Made by a program: the position numbers and the translations under genes. From Desulfobulbus propionicus DSM 2032 (GTDB lineage Bacteria; Desulfobacterota; Desulfobulbia; Desulfobulbales; Desulfobulbaceae): a stretch of DNA of 32,000 nucleotides. The notes beneath the pieces are model-generated. The model was given only the letters and a program-made list of their open reading frames with translations, did not search any database and had not been told where the DNA came from. Shown here one piece after another: positions 1 through 9,228 of this stretch (its first letter is position 1; every line of letters begins with the position of its first letter). The DNA lies in NCBI RefSeq assembly GCF_000186885.1, contig NC_014972.1, positions 1,410,001 to 1,442,000 on the forward strand, written 5' to 3'.

Positions 1-497
1 CCCAGCTGCAGAGCGGCAATCTGCTCACCGGCCAGCTGATGGTCAATCTGGTTTTTGTATCGGATGCTCCCAAGGCCAGCCTCTCCGATTGGAACGGATT
101 CAAGGCCATCCCGACCATTCCCGGTTCCTTTGAACGGTTACAGGAGAGTTTGGGCAAAATCACGGCCAGCCTGGAAAAGGTCAAATTCGACCAGATCGGC
201 GGTGAACTCCAACAGACCCTGCAAGAAACCAGAACGACAGTTGCCGAGATGGGCGGATTTGCCAAGCAGCTGAACAAGGAAACCACGCCCAAACTGCAGG
301 AGACGCTGGTTGAACTGCAGAAAACCCTGGTAGAGGTGCAGCAGGGCATGGGCAAGGATTCGCCCTTGAACTACAACACCACCAAGACCCTGGAAGAGTT
401 GTCCATGACCCTGCGCGCCCTGCGGGAACTCGCCAACACCCTGGATAACCAGCCCCAATCGATTCTTTATGGCAAGGAGAAGCAAGCAGATGAATAG
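1..497 (+). CDS. pqiB: C-terminal part of PqiB/MlaD-type MCE domain protein (5' truncated by window edge)
   Basis: Frame is open from nt 3 (QLQSGNLLTGQLMVNLVF...SFERLQESLGKITASLEKVKFDQIGGELQQTL). MCE-like tail with coiled-coil; followed by a PqiC-like lipoprotein gene. Confidence 0.75.
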   Translation, partial: QLQSGNLLTGQLMVNLVFVSDAPKASLSDWNGFKAIPTIPGSFERLQESLGKITASLEKVKFDQIGGELQQTLQETRTTVAEMGGFAKQLNKETTPKLQETLVELQKTLVEVQQGMGKDSPLNYNTTKTLEELSMTLRALRELANTLDNQPQSILYGKEKQADE

Positions 498-1089
498 ATC
501 TCTCATCCTTCTCGGACTGGCGGCGTTCGGTTTATTCCTGGGTTCCCTCACCGGCTGCAGCCCGGTTTCCCCCCAGGTCAGCTACTACAGTCTGCTCGAT
601 ACCCAACGGCCGCCCAGCGTCGCCGGTGCACGGCAGTCGTTGGCCATTCTTGTCGGCCCGGTTTCGGTGCCTGACCTGTTGAAAACGTCGCAAATCGCCA
701 CCGGAACGGCAGAGCGGTACCAACTCGCCGAGCAGCATCGATGGGTGAGCCAGGTTGACCGCGATTTTGCCCGTGCTATCGGCGAGCAGTTGGCCTCCAG
801 GCTGGGCACTGAACGAATCGCCCTCTATCCGCAGGATCAGTACCTGGCGGCACCCCTGCAGGTTGTAGTTGATATTCTGGCCATGGAAGGGACTTTGGGC
901 CAGGAGGCCAGATTGACGGTCCGTTGGTCGCTGGTCGCCACCAAGAGCAAAACAGCGCGGCTGACACGTCGCTCCACCTTCAGCGAACGACCGGCCGACA
1001 GCAGCCATGGCGCTTGGGTTGCAGCCCAGCGGCGCAATATCAGTCGGTTGAGCGAGGAAATTGCCGCCGCGATCACGTCGCAGCATTAA
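469..1089 (+). CDS. pqiC: PqiC-like / ABC-type transport auxiliary lipoprotein
   Basis: 206 aa, N-terminal lipoprotein signal (LGLAAFGLFLGSLTGCSPVSPQVSYYSLLD), overlaps the MCE gene end. Confidence 0.75.
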   Translation: MARRSKQMNRSLILLGLAAFGLFLGSLTGCSPVSPQVSYYSLLDTQRPPSVAGARQSLAILVGPVSVPDLLKTSQIATGTAERYQLAEQHRWVSQVDRDFARAIGEQLASRLGTERIALYPQDQYLAAPLQVVVDILAMEGTLGQEARLTVRWSLVATKSKTARLTRRSTFSERPADSSHGAWVAAQRRNISRLSEEIAAAITSQH

Positions 1090-1340
1090 TCTTCGCCGGG
1101 ATGGTCAATGTCGCCTCGCTGCGGGAACTCCATGCCGCCAGCCGTCGTGAGCTGACCTTTTCCCTGGTGACCACGGTCGGCGTTCTTTACTTTGATGTCC
1201 TGCCCGGAGTGGCGTTGGCCATCGGCATGACCCTGCTGTGGATGCTTACACCGCAAGCCAGCCCCATGTGGCCGTGCTGGGACGAGTTCCGGGGATGAGC
1301 GGTTTTCTGCGCAATCGGGGGAGAGCGGTCGATCAACGGA
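1082..1340 (+). pseudogene. SulP-family permease internal fragment, frameshifted
   Basis: ALIFAGMVNVASLRELHAASRRELTFSLVTTVGVLYFDVLPGVALAIGMTLLWMLTPQAS, then shifted-frame continuation SQPHVAVLGRVPG. No start or complete domain; abuts the stop of the preceding gene. Confidence 0.6.
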
Positions 1341-1392
1341 TCCAACGTAACCCAGGCAGTGCTTCTGCCTGCATCCCTTTGACAGGTGCAAC

Positions 1393-2394
1393 ATGAACGA
1401 ACAACACCAACAGTCGCGCATCGGTGCATGGATGGGCAGTCTCTGGCAACGTCTTCAACCCCGGGCAACAGGCGAGGATCCCCTTGTCCAGGCCATGGAT
1501 CGGCTGGTGCAGGTCGCCGATCCGGTTATTCGTCAGTCCAAGGGATATCGACGGGTACTGGCTGGCCCGGTTGCTGGTTCAATGAAGTATTTCCAGTCAT
1601 TGCTGGAAACCATTCCTGGTCCGGTCATTCTTGATCGCAGTCGGTATTATGACGACCCCACCGTCAAGGCCCTGTTTGCCTCACCCGAAGAGCTCGACGA
1701 GCTGTTGCGCTACAACCCAGAGATCAACAAGCTACGCAAGCAAGGTCTGAGCGGCGAGATGGTGGCGATGATGACCATGTTGCAGCAGGAGCGCACCATC
1801 TTCGGTCATAAGCAGGAAGGAGAATTGCTCCTACGCGATGTGCGGCAGCAAGCGGTGAGTTTTACCGATCATCGTATTGTCGCGCCGTCTCTTGATCTCC
1901 AGACGACCAGGAATGGCATTGTTAACCGGGGGTTGGAGGTGTTGGCCACGGTTGCCATGGAGCGGATCACCTCGCTACGGGCAAACAAGGCCGAATTGCA
2001 AGGGAAAAAAGAATATCTCCAGGGAATGGCAAAAATTCTGGGTGGCAGATCGCATCGCCAGGAGATCTTTGCTGCCCCCACCCCGAAGAATCGGGAAGAG
2101 CTGCGCAAGGTTGAACAGCTCTTGGCCGAGGTTGAACAGGAGCTGGAGAAACTGCGCCAGCAGATTGCTCTCCCGGAACAGTCATTAGCGCGTCTTGAGG
2201 AAGTCCTGCTCCAGCCGGAATCGATGCTGGTTGCCCGCCGTCAGAGTCTCCGGCTGAATTGGAAAGGGGTGCGCGTCGACGACGAAGCCGGGAGCGAGGG
2301 CAACGACATCACCCTCGCGGAGTTTTCCATGGAGGACGTCCGCCGTTCGGCGGTGCTGGTGACGTTCACTCTGACGACAGCATCGAGTCCCTAA
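1393..2394 (+). CDS. hypothetical protein with C-terminal coiled-coil segment
   Basis: 333 aa intact ORF, ATG start, charged helical region KNREELRKVEQLLAEVEQELEKLRQQIALPEQ; no family recognised. Confidence 0.65.
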   Translation: MNEQHQQSRIGAWMGSLWQRLQPRATGEDPLVQAMDRLVQVADPVIRQSKGYRRVLAGPVAGSMKYFQSLLETIPGPVILDRSRYYDDPTVKALFASPEELDELLRYNPEINKLRKQGLSGEMVAMMTMLQQERTIFGHKQEGELLLRDVRQQAVSFTDHRIVAPSLDLQTTRNGIVNRGLEVLATVAMERITSLRANKAELQGKKEYLQGMAKILGGRSHRQEIFAAPTPKNREELRKVEQLLAEVEQELEKLRQQIALPEQSLARLEEVLLQPESMLVARRQSLRLNWKGVRVDDEAGSEGNDITLAEFSMEDVRRSAVLVTFTLTTASSP

Positions 2395-2451
2395 ATATGA
2401 ACATACGTGCCCGTTTCCCGAACTTGTCCATGCGTATTTTAAATATTCAAA

Positions 2452-2546
2452 GGTGTCTTGGTTCAACGGGAATAGGACAATCCTGCCGTTTATGATAAAC
2501 CATCATGAACGGCAGGATTGTCCTATTCCCGTTGAACCAAGACACC
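2452..2546. repeat. Long inverted repeat / giant hairpin: 39-nt perfect arms (2452-2490 and 2508-2546), extended through the centre
   Basis: GGTGTCTTGGTTCAACGGGAATAGGACAATCCTGCCGTT and its exact reverse complement AACGGCAGGATTGTCCTATTCCCGTTGAACCAAGACACC. Central TATGATAAACCATCATG adds one U.G and ATGAT/ATCAT pairs around an AAACC loop. Confidence 0.95.
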
Positions 2547-3018
2547 GATGGATGAGCGGGGAAGGATCTATATTGAAAAACCGATAGAATCAGTCGCTCC
2601 GAAAACGCGCAGAGAGAATGCGGCTTCGGAAAGACAAAGAAAGAGCTGTCGGTTCAATGGGGGAATTGGATAAAGGGGAAACGAATCGATAGATCCGTTT
2701 TGCAGGGGTGCGTGCGCAGTTCTCACGAGTCAGAGAAAGACGTTCGCCTCTGCGATTAAACGTCTCCGGTCGAGGAAAGGCAGCGCCGTGTGCTACTGAA
2801 GTTCAAGAACACAAAAACCGTGTCCAGCTAAGCCCTAAAAAGGGGTATCTCATTGGAAATGAGTCAGAATAATGGGTTTATTAATAAGTGCCTGGTGAGA
2901 AAAATCAAGATTAAAATGAGTTCGTCAGCTTTTGCCTGAGCATGAACGGGCGAACTCATTTGAAATATGCATGACCAAGGCCATAGTCGCCTCGGTTGAT
3001 CAAGCCCGCGCTGCTTAC

Positions 3019-4203
3019 CTATTTCTCGACAACCACTGCTATTCCCATGCCCCCGCCGATGCACAGTGTGGCCAGACCGCTTTTTGCTCCCCGTTTTTCC
3101 ATTTCATGGAGCAAGGACACCAGAATGCGAGCACCAGAGGCACCTATTGGGTGGCCGAGAGCTATTGCGCCCCCGTTGACATTGACCTTACTCATGTCAA
3201 AACCCAGATCTTTTGCGACAGCAACACTTTGCGAGGCAAATGCCTCATTTGCCTCAATCAGATCTATCTCGGTAAGTGTCTTTCCGGCCTTTGCCAATGC
3301 TTTTGGAGAAGCCGCTGCCGGGCCGATGCCCATGATTTCCGGCTTTACTCCTGCGGAGGCATAGCCCGTCAACTTTGCCATTGGCTTGATCCCCAATTCT
3401 TTTGCCTTATCGGCCGCCATGACGATGATGACCGCAGCACCATCGTTGATGCCTGAAGCATTGGCCGCTGTCACCATGCCATCGGGTTTGAATGCGGGCC
3501 TCAGTTTGTTGACTTTCTCCAGAGTGGAGTCAGGGGTGTAATGTTCATCAGTGTCAAACACGAGGGGAGCGCCTTTTCGTCTCGGAATGAGCACCGGAAC
3601 GATTTCATCCTTGAAACGTCCACTGGTAATAGCCGCTTCAGCCTTTTTCTGTGATTCGACTGCGAAGCGATCAAGTTCCTCCCTGGATAGATTCCAGTTC
3701 TCGCATATGTTCTCAGCCGTTATCCCCATGTGACAATTGCTCATCGCGCAGTGCAGGCCATCATGGACCATCATGTCGATGATACCATTCGTCGGCGCGT
3801 TCATTCTGTAACCGAAACGTGCCTGCGGCAGAGCATAAGCCGTGGCGCTCATGTTTTCCATGCCGCCGGCCACAATGATATCGGCGTCACCACACTGAAT
3901 TGCCTGGGCGGCCATCACGATGGATTTGAGACCGCTACCGCAAACCTTGTTTATAGTTACGGCGGGAACATCTTGGGGAATGCCTGCTTTGAGCATGGCC
4001 TGACGGGCCGGATTCTGCCCCAGCGCCCCTGTGAGCACACATCCCAAGATTACCTCATCGACCATTTCCGGCTTAATGCCGGACCTGTTCAGGGCGTCTT
4101 TGATGACAAGAGCTCCCAGTTCCACTGCTGGGACGTCTTTTATGGAACCACCAAATTTACCGACAGCAGTTCGACACGCACCGACTAGGACGACTTCACG
4201 CAT
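3019..4203 (-). CDS. acetyl-CoA C-acetyltransferase (thiolase)
   Basis: 394 aa. Motifs [12 protein letters not shown] (active Cys), [27 protein letters not shown]. Confidence 0.95.
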   Translation of the reverse strand: MREVVLVGACRTAVGKFGGSIKDVPAVELGALVIKDALNRSGIKPEMVDEVILGCVLTGALGQNPARQAMLKAGIPQDVPAVTINKVCGSGLKSIVMAAQAIQCGDADIIVAGGMENMSATAYALPQARFGYRMNAPTNGIIDMMVHDGLHCAMSNCHMGITAENICENWNLSREELDRFAVESQKKAEAAITSGRFKDEIVPVLIPRRKGAPLVFDTDEHYTPDSTLEKVNKLRPAFKPDGMVTAANASGINDGAAVIIVMAADKAKELGIKPMAKLTGYASAGVKPEIMGIGPAAASPKALAKAGKTLTEIDLIEANEAFASQSVAVAKDLGFDMSKVNVNGGAIALGHPIGASGARILVSLLHEMEKRGAKSGLATLCIGGGMGIAVVVEK

Positions 4204-4287
4204 TGTTCGTTCTCCTTAAGTTGGATCAAGCTTTTTATCGGTCTAAAACTCACCCCGACAGTATAAATCAGACCCGAAAATTCACGG

Positions 4288-5586
4288 TTAAAGACACTTG
4301 AGCCAGCCGATACCCCACATGCAATGCCCGCAAGGAACATGGCTGCCATAACAATCATTGGCACCAAGCAGGCTGGTGTTGACCAAATCGACGCACGGTC
4401 CTGCTGAACAACTCCAACAGGGCGCATAGTTATTCAATTTTACCTCTGCCCGAAAAGACCTATATGCGGGCTGTTGCCAGATCATCTCAAGTGGTTGCTC
4501 TTCGAGAGTGCCAAATACCAACTCCTTGACATGGATCGGCTCCTGGTTCACCCTGCTGGGGCAGGTGTGCCATAGAAAGTGACAGGGCATAACCTCCCCG
4601 TTTTTATTGATAAAAACAGCCTCTTCTTCAATGAACGGGCAGGAGCGCTGTCCGTCGGTGTGTGCATAAAGCGGTGGCAGGAAAAGCTCAATGCCACGGT
4701 CGGTCGCCAACTCTCGGACCCTATGGAATTGCTTCTCCAACTCCCGCTGGTCACTGTCCCCCCGTGCCGCCACCAGGTTGGGAAAATGGAAGGTAATGGC
4801 CTTCTCGTTCGCTTCTTTTTGCATGGCCGCACCAAGTCGCAGAACGATGCTATCGGACAAACTCTTGGAAAACCTGAGCTGCGCGGAAGGAAGGTCAGTC
4901 AGATCTACCCCTTGGGCAACGGCTTCAGCATTCCATTTTGCAAAGAGTTGCGTCGCCTCGTAGCTATTCGGATTGAAGAGAGTCTGCCCGGCCATTGTGC
5001 CATCGTAGGAAAAAAGATGGCTGGCGATAATGTAATCGATGCCGTGCATGTGCGCCCATTCGACAAGAGCCGGTAACTGATGGAGCGTATCTTTTTGCAG
5101 CACTACTTCGACACCTATTCGAATCGCTCGATTTGCCGCCTTTGCTGCCTCCGAGAGATTCGCGATCGCCTTCTCCACCGAAGATCGCTGGTGCCCCTCT
5201 CGACCAAGGGTGCCGGTCTGTTGCTCGTTCAGATTGTCAAGAGACAGACATACGGTGTCAATTCCGGCTTGAATGAGTTGCAGGGCTCGTTTCTTATGCA
5301 ACAACAGTCCGTTGCTTTGGAAGCCAATACGTCCATCAGGAGGCATGACGGCTCTCGCGAGAACGATTATCTCGTCCAGATCGGGATGCAGCAAAGGCTC
5401 ACCGATACCGTTGAGGACCAAAAACCGGGTATGGACCAGGGAAGGCACCAGTTTTTTAAAGAGCTCAAGCGGCATGTCTCCTTCCTCGATGCAACTTCCC
5501 TCTGCAAACTTAAGGCACATGGGGCACCGCAGATTACAATGCGTCGTCAGCTCAACGTAAACTTTTTCCGGATACTGAATGGACAT
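4288..5586 (-). CDS. radical SAM/SPASM-like protein with Cys-rich C-terminus
   Basis: 432 aa. CNLRCPMC (CxxxCxxC) near N-terminus, C-terminal Cys cluster CWSCSAGPCVDLVN...CYGSHVPCGHCMWGIGWLKCL. Confidence 0.9.
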   Translation of the reverse strand: MSIQYPEKVYVELTTHCNLRCPMCLKFAEGSCIEEGDMPLELFKKLVPSLVHTRFLVLNGIGEPLLHPDLDEIIVLARAVMPPDGRIGFQSNGLLLHKKRALQLIQAGIDTVCLSLDNLNEQQTGTLGREGHQRSSVEKAIANLSEAAKAANRAIRIGVEVVLQKDTLHQLPALVEWAHMHGIDYIIASHLFSYDGTMAGQTLFNPNSYEATQLFAKWNAEAVAQGVDLTDLPSAQLRFSKSLSDSIVLRLGAAMQKEANEKAITFHFPNLVAARGDSDQRELEKQFHRVRELATDRGIELFLPPLYAHTDGQRSCPFIEEEAVFINKNGEVMPCHFLWHTCPSRVNQEPIHVKELVFGTLEEQPLEMIWQQPAYRSFRAEVKLNNYAPCWSCSAGPCVDLVNTSLLGANDCYGSHVPCGHCMWGIGWLKCL

Positions 5587-5674
5587 GCTTTAAAACTACT
5601 TAGAAACATTAAAAAAACAGAATACGAAGCGTTCCGGAAATCAAAGGAAGAGAATGCCGTTAGTAGGCTCTTCT

Positions 5675-6457
5675 TCAGTTGCAGGGTTTCACCGCCTCGA
5701 TCGTGGCAGAAACGATAAAATCGGCCACAGAGGCCTCTGGTGTCCAGGTGCGGATGAAGGCCTTGCTTTCTTCCTTGGGGGATATTTGAATATCCACAAA
5801 CCCGGCTGTTTGCAGCATGCCTTCCAACTCTGAAATCAGAGAAGCGCCGGCAATACACCCGGCATGGAGGGCCATGTCACGCCTGATATGCTCAGGCAAT
5901 TCAGCGGTGGCGACAATGTCGGAGATGGCCAACCGGCCGCCCGGTTTGAGAACGCGGAAGGCATCAGTGAAGACCTGGGGTTTGTCCGGCGATAAATTGA
6001 TGACACAGTTGGAGAGGATAACGTCTACGGCATTATCGGCTACCGGCAGATGTTCTATTTCTCCCAGTCGAAACTCAACATTGCGATAACCGTTGTTTGC
6101 CGCATTGGCCCGGGCCTTGGAAAGCATTTCCGGTGTCATATCCACCCCGATGACATGACCGCTCTCTCCCACCTGACGAGCCGCCAGAAAACAATCAAAT
6201 CCAGCGCCGCTGCCAAGATCAAGGACAACTTCACCCGTTATTAATGCAGCAATGGCTTGAGGATTGCCGCACCCCAGGCCTAAATTGGCTCCTTCGGGTA
6301 CCGCGCCTATTTCATCGGAGGTGTATCCTAACTGTTGCGACACCTCAGGGGCTGGGCCGCTGCAGCAACTCGTGCTGCCACAACAACCTGCTTCAGCCGC
6401 TCGGCTATAGAGATCTCGCACAGCTTGCCGGACACCATCTTTTTCCAACATACTCAT
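5675..6457 (-). CDS. arsM: arsenite S-adenosylmethyltransferase ArsM
   Basis: MLEKDGVRQAVRDLYSRAAE, VVLDLGSGAGFDCFLAARQVG SAM motif, LSNCVINLSPDK and HAGCIAGA Cys motifs. Start at 6457 supported by an upstream GAGGG; the supplied ORF extends to 6511. Confidence 0.92.
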   Translation of the reverse strand: MSMLEKDGVRQAVRDLYSRAAEAGCCGSTSCCSGPAPEVSQQLGYTSDEIGAVPEGANLGLGCGNPQAIAALITGEVVLDLGSGAGFDCFLAARQVGESGHVIGVDMTPEMLSKARANAANNGYRNVEFRLGEIEHLPVADNAVDVILSNCVINLSPDKPQVFTDAFRVLKPGGRLAISDIVATAELPEHIRRDMALHAGCIAGASLISELEGMLQTAGFVDIQISPKEESKAFIRTWTPEASVADFIVSATIEAVKPCN

Positions 6458-6503
6458 AATACCCTCGCTTGATTGCTGCGATTGTTCCGCAACGTCATAA
6501 AAT

Positions 6504-6734
6504 TCAGCCAATCCAAGATTCTATTTCACTCTGCTTCGGTATCCGGCCAACACACTTGACCTGACCGTCAATGACAACTGCCGGAGTTGAGAAAACACCG
6601 AGTTGGGCGATTTCCTGAAAGTCCTTCACCTTGACGATGGTAGCTTGAACGCCTTTTAATGCGACAGCCGCTTCGACGGCCTTCTGGGTTTTTTCACAGG
6701 AAGCGCAGCCTGGTCCACATACTTTGATTTCCAT
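6504..6734 (-). CDS. mini-thioredoxin / redox-active disulfide protein
   Basis: MEIKVCGPGCASCEKTQKAVEAA, CASC motif, cis-Pro in FSTPAVVIDGQ. Confidence 0.85.
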   Translation of the reverse strand: MEIKVCGPGCASCEKTQKAVEAAVALKGVQATIVKVKDFQEIAQLGVFSTPAVVIDGQVKCVGRIPKQSEIESWIG

Positions 6735-6750
6735 TTTTTCCTCTTTCAAA

Positions 6751-7857
6751 TCAGATGATTGTATTAAAGAGATAGCCGGTGAAAACTATCCCGCATCCCA
6801 CTACAAAAACAAAAACTGCGATCAATTTTGGTTTCAGGACCTTGCGAAGAATAATCATCTCCGGCAAAGAGAGCGCAATCACACTCATCATGAAAGCCAG
6901 CACTGTCCCCAAAGCGGCTCCTTTGCCGAGCAGTGCCTCGACTACCGGTACAATGCCGGCAGCATTGGAGTACATGGGAATGCCGACGACCACCGCCGCC
7001 GGAACAGACCACCACGCATCTTTGCCCATAACCTGCGCCATGAAATCTTCCGGCACATACCCATGAATAAAGGCGCCAACCGCGATGCCGGCGACCACAT
7101 AGATCCAGACTTTGCCGACGATATCACGAACAGCGTCCTTGCCCTGGTCGATCCGATCCGGCCAGGAGAGTTTTCTTTCAAAGACAAGGGCTTCACCGGC
7201 CCGCATTTCCTGGACCCAATCCTCAATCCAAGTCTCGAGTTTCAGGCGACCGATAACCCAACCTGCAACCATGGCAATCAAGAGTCCGGTGCTGAGATAG
7301 AGGGCCGCGACCTTCCAACCAAGCAAGCCATATAGAAGCGCCAAGGCAATTTCGTTGACCATCGGAGCCGCAATGAGAAACGAGAAAGTGACCCCCAAGG
7401 GAATACCTGCCTGAACGAAACCGAGAAATAAGGGAACGGCGGAACAGGAGCAGAAGGGGGTGACAATCCCGAGCAGGGCAGCCATGACGTTCCCTGCGGT
7501 TTCACGCTTGCCGGCCAGATATTGCCGGGTGCGTTCCTGAGTGAAAAAGGAACGGATAACGCCAATGACAAACACGATTAAAGTCAGCAACATCATGACT
7601 TTTGGCGTGTCATAGAGGAAAAACTGGATGGCGCCACCAAGTTGGCTGCCCTTTTTTATCTCAAATAAAGAATAGGTTACATAGGATGAAAAGGGTTCCA
7701 GATTGTTATAGATGACAAGCCAGATCCCAAGGCTGAACAGGCTGAGGAGGATGATTTTGCCCCATTGAACATTTTTTTCGATGACAGCTTCGCCAGCAGT
7801 TGCTTGTTTGGCGCAACTACAGCCGGGAGATTGCAGTGGTTCCATTTTATGCCTCAT
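6751..7857 (-). CDS. ArsP-type (DUF318) permease
   Basis: 368 aa, multi-TM, GIVTPFCSCSAVPLFLGFVQAG signature; follows arsR with 4-nt overlap. Confidence 0.85.
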   Translation of the reverse strand: MRHKMEPLQSPGCSCAKQATAGEAVIEKNVQWGKIILLSLFSLGIWLVIYNNLEPFSSYVTYSLFEIKKGSQLGGAIQFFLYDTPKVMMLLTLIVFVIGVIRSFFTQERTRQYLAGKRETAGNVMAALLGIVTPFCSCSAVPLFLGFVQAGIPLGVTFSFLIAAPMVNEIALALLYGLLGWKVAALYLSTGLLIAMVAGWVIGRLKLETWIEDWVQEMRAGEALVFERKLSWPDRIDQGKDAVRDIVGKVWIYVVAGIAVGAFIHGYVPEDFMAQVMGKDAWWSVPAAVVVGIPMYSNAAGIVPVVEALLGKGAALGTVLAFMMSVIALSLPEMIILRKVLKPKLIAVFVFVVGCGIVFTGYLFNTII

Positions 7858-8201
7858 TTTTTAAGATATGCCCGTTGACACGTTGTGTCCGGCAAAGCTT
7901 GTTTCATCCGTAGCAGTTCAGGGTCTTCATTCAGCCAATCCTGCAAGACAATCAACATTCTCCCCGAGTACACGGACTCTTTCCCGTCAGCCTGGCTGTA
8001 TATCATCCAGGTTCCCTGCCGTTCTTTTTCCACCAATCCAGCATCCTCAAGAATTTTCATGTGGCTGGAGACGGTCGGTTGGGCGATGCCTAACGCTTCC
8101 TGAATCTCACAGACACAGAGAGCGTTTTTCTCAAGAAGTTTCAATATCCTCACCCGATTCGGATCCGAAAGAGCTTTCATGACACGCAAGAATGTTTTCA
8201 T
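7854..8201 (-). CDS. ArsR/SmtB-family metalloregulator
   Basis: 115 aa wHTH: VMKALSDPNRVRILKLLEKNALCVCEIQEALGIAQPTVSSHMKIL with CxC and C-terminal Cys. Confidence 0.92.
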   Translation of the reverse strand: MKTFLRVMKALSDPNRVRILKLLEKNALCVCEIQEALGIAQPTVSSHMKILEDAGLVEKERQGTWMIYSQADGKESVYSGRMLIVLQDWLNEDPELLRMKQALPDTTCQRAYLKK

Positions 8202-8222
8202 TTATCCTCACTATTAAATATG

Positions 8223-8248
8223 TATATATTTATATTTTATAATATATA
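8223..8248. promoter_or_regulatory. Putative ArsR operator upstream of the leftward arsR: TATATATT-N10-AATATATA
   Basis: Perfect 8-bp inverted repeat in AT-rich DNA immediately upstream of the arsR start. Confidence 0.5.
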
Positions 8249-8647
8249 AAACAGGGTAAAGTGGTTGTCAACCTGCTTTCCGCGATTCAGCGCAGGCGTT
8301 TATAGCGTCACAAGGTCAAGCCTTAAGGGTGGGCCCAAGCTACCTCTGTCTCGGTGTGATGGGAGCTAACCATCACTGGTTTCATGATACAAGGGTGTAC
8401 TGGATGACGAGATGATTTCGTTCTTGGCCAGCTGTCCTGAGCGCCTTTCGACATTTCAGTCGAATTAAACCGTCAGATGTCGAAGTCGAGTTCCTCTGTT
8501 CTCAGCACTTTTATGCACAATGTACTGATTTTACGATTTTGTTTTAACAAAGTGTTCCTGGCATGATTGTTGATATTCAACGAACAAGCTAGTCGATGTG
8601 ATTCAGTAGGTGAACCATCAAAATGTAACAACCAACGAGGTGCAACC

Positions 8648-8971
8648 ATGAAAAAGATGAAGAAATTCGTGTTGGCAGTAGGATGCTTGCTGATGGCCAG
8701 TGGCGCCGCATGGGCAGTAGATTATTCAAAACTTTCTACAGATGAGTTGAGTCGTATGAGGGGAACCATGTACAACGCCAGCCAAACGGAATGGAATGCC
8801 TTTCATACCGAATGGTGGAAACGACTCGACAAGATGACTCCGGAACAACGGCAACAGTACTTTGGTCCGGGGCGTGGTGGCATGGCCATGGGACGCGGCA
8901 TGGGACGTGGCATGGGACGTGGTCCGGGATGGTGGGGAGCTGGTGCTGCAAACCAGGGTACCGGCAACTGA
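8648..8971 (+). CDS. small exported protein, DUF1104-like, with Gly/Met/Arg-rich tail
   Basis: MKKMKKFVLAVGCLLMASGAAWAVDYSKLSTDELSRMRG...; signal peptide; internal start after an AGGTG-type SD. Confidence 0.7.
   Translation: MKKMKKFVLAVGCLLMASGAAWAVDYSKLSTDELSRMRGTMYNASQTEWNAFHTEWWKRLDKMTPEQRQQYFGPGRGGMAMGRGMGRGMGRGPGWWGAGAANQGTGN
8888..8923 (+). repeat. Three tandem 12-nt units (ATGGGACGYGGY) encoding MGRG repeats
   Basis: ATGGGACGCGGC ATGGGACGTGGC ATGGGACGTGGT in sequence. Confidence 0.9.
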
Positions 8972-9228
8972 ATATATGGGCATTCAGGGCAGGTCTATCC
9001 TCCCAGAGAAACAACTTGATAGTAGCTTGCCCTCATGCTCTGAGTTGGACAATGGCACCATCAAAATAAATCTGGATCACGGATACTCTGTTCTTTTCTC
9101 CGTCAGGTCAATAAATAACGCGGGCCGATACAAGCCGGCTCTATCCACTTCGGGCAATAAAAATGATTCGGGTCTCGACAATTTGTGACGCGTATCGACG
9201 TGATTGTCGGAATGCGCAGGGAGATCTC

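Noticed and set aside
2452-2546. Palindrome as an ordinary Rho-independent terminator
   Set aside because: Stem about 45 bp and no T-tract on either side.
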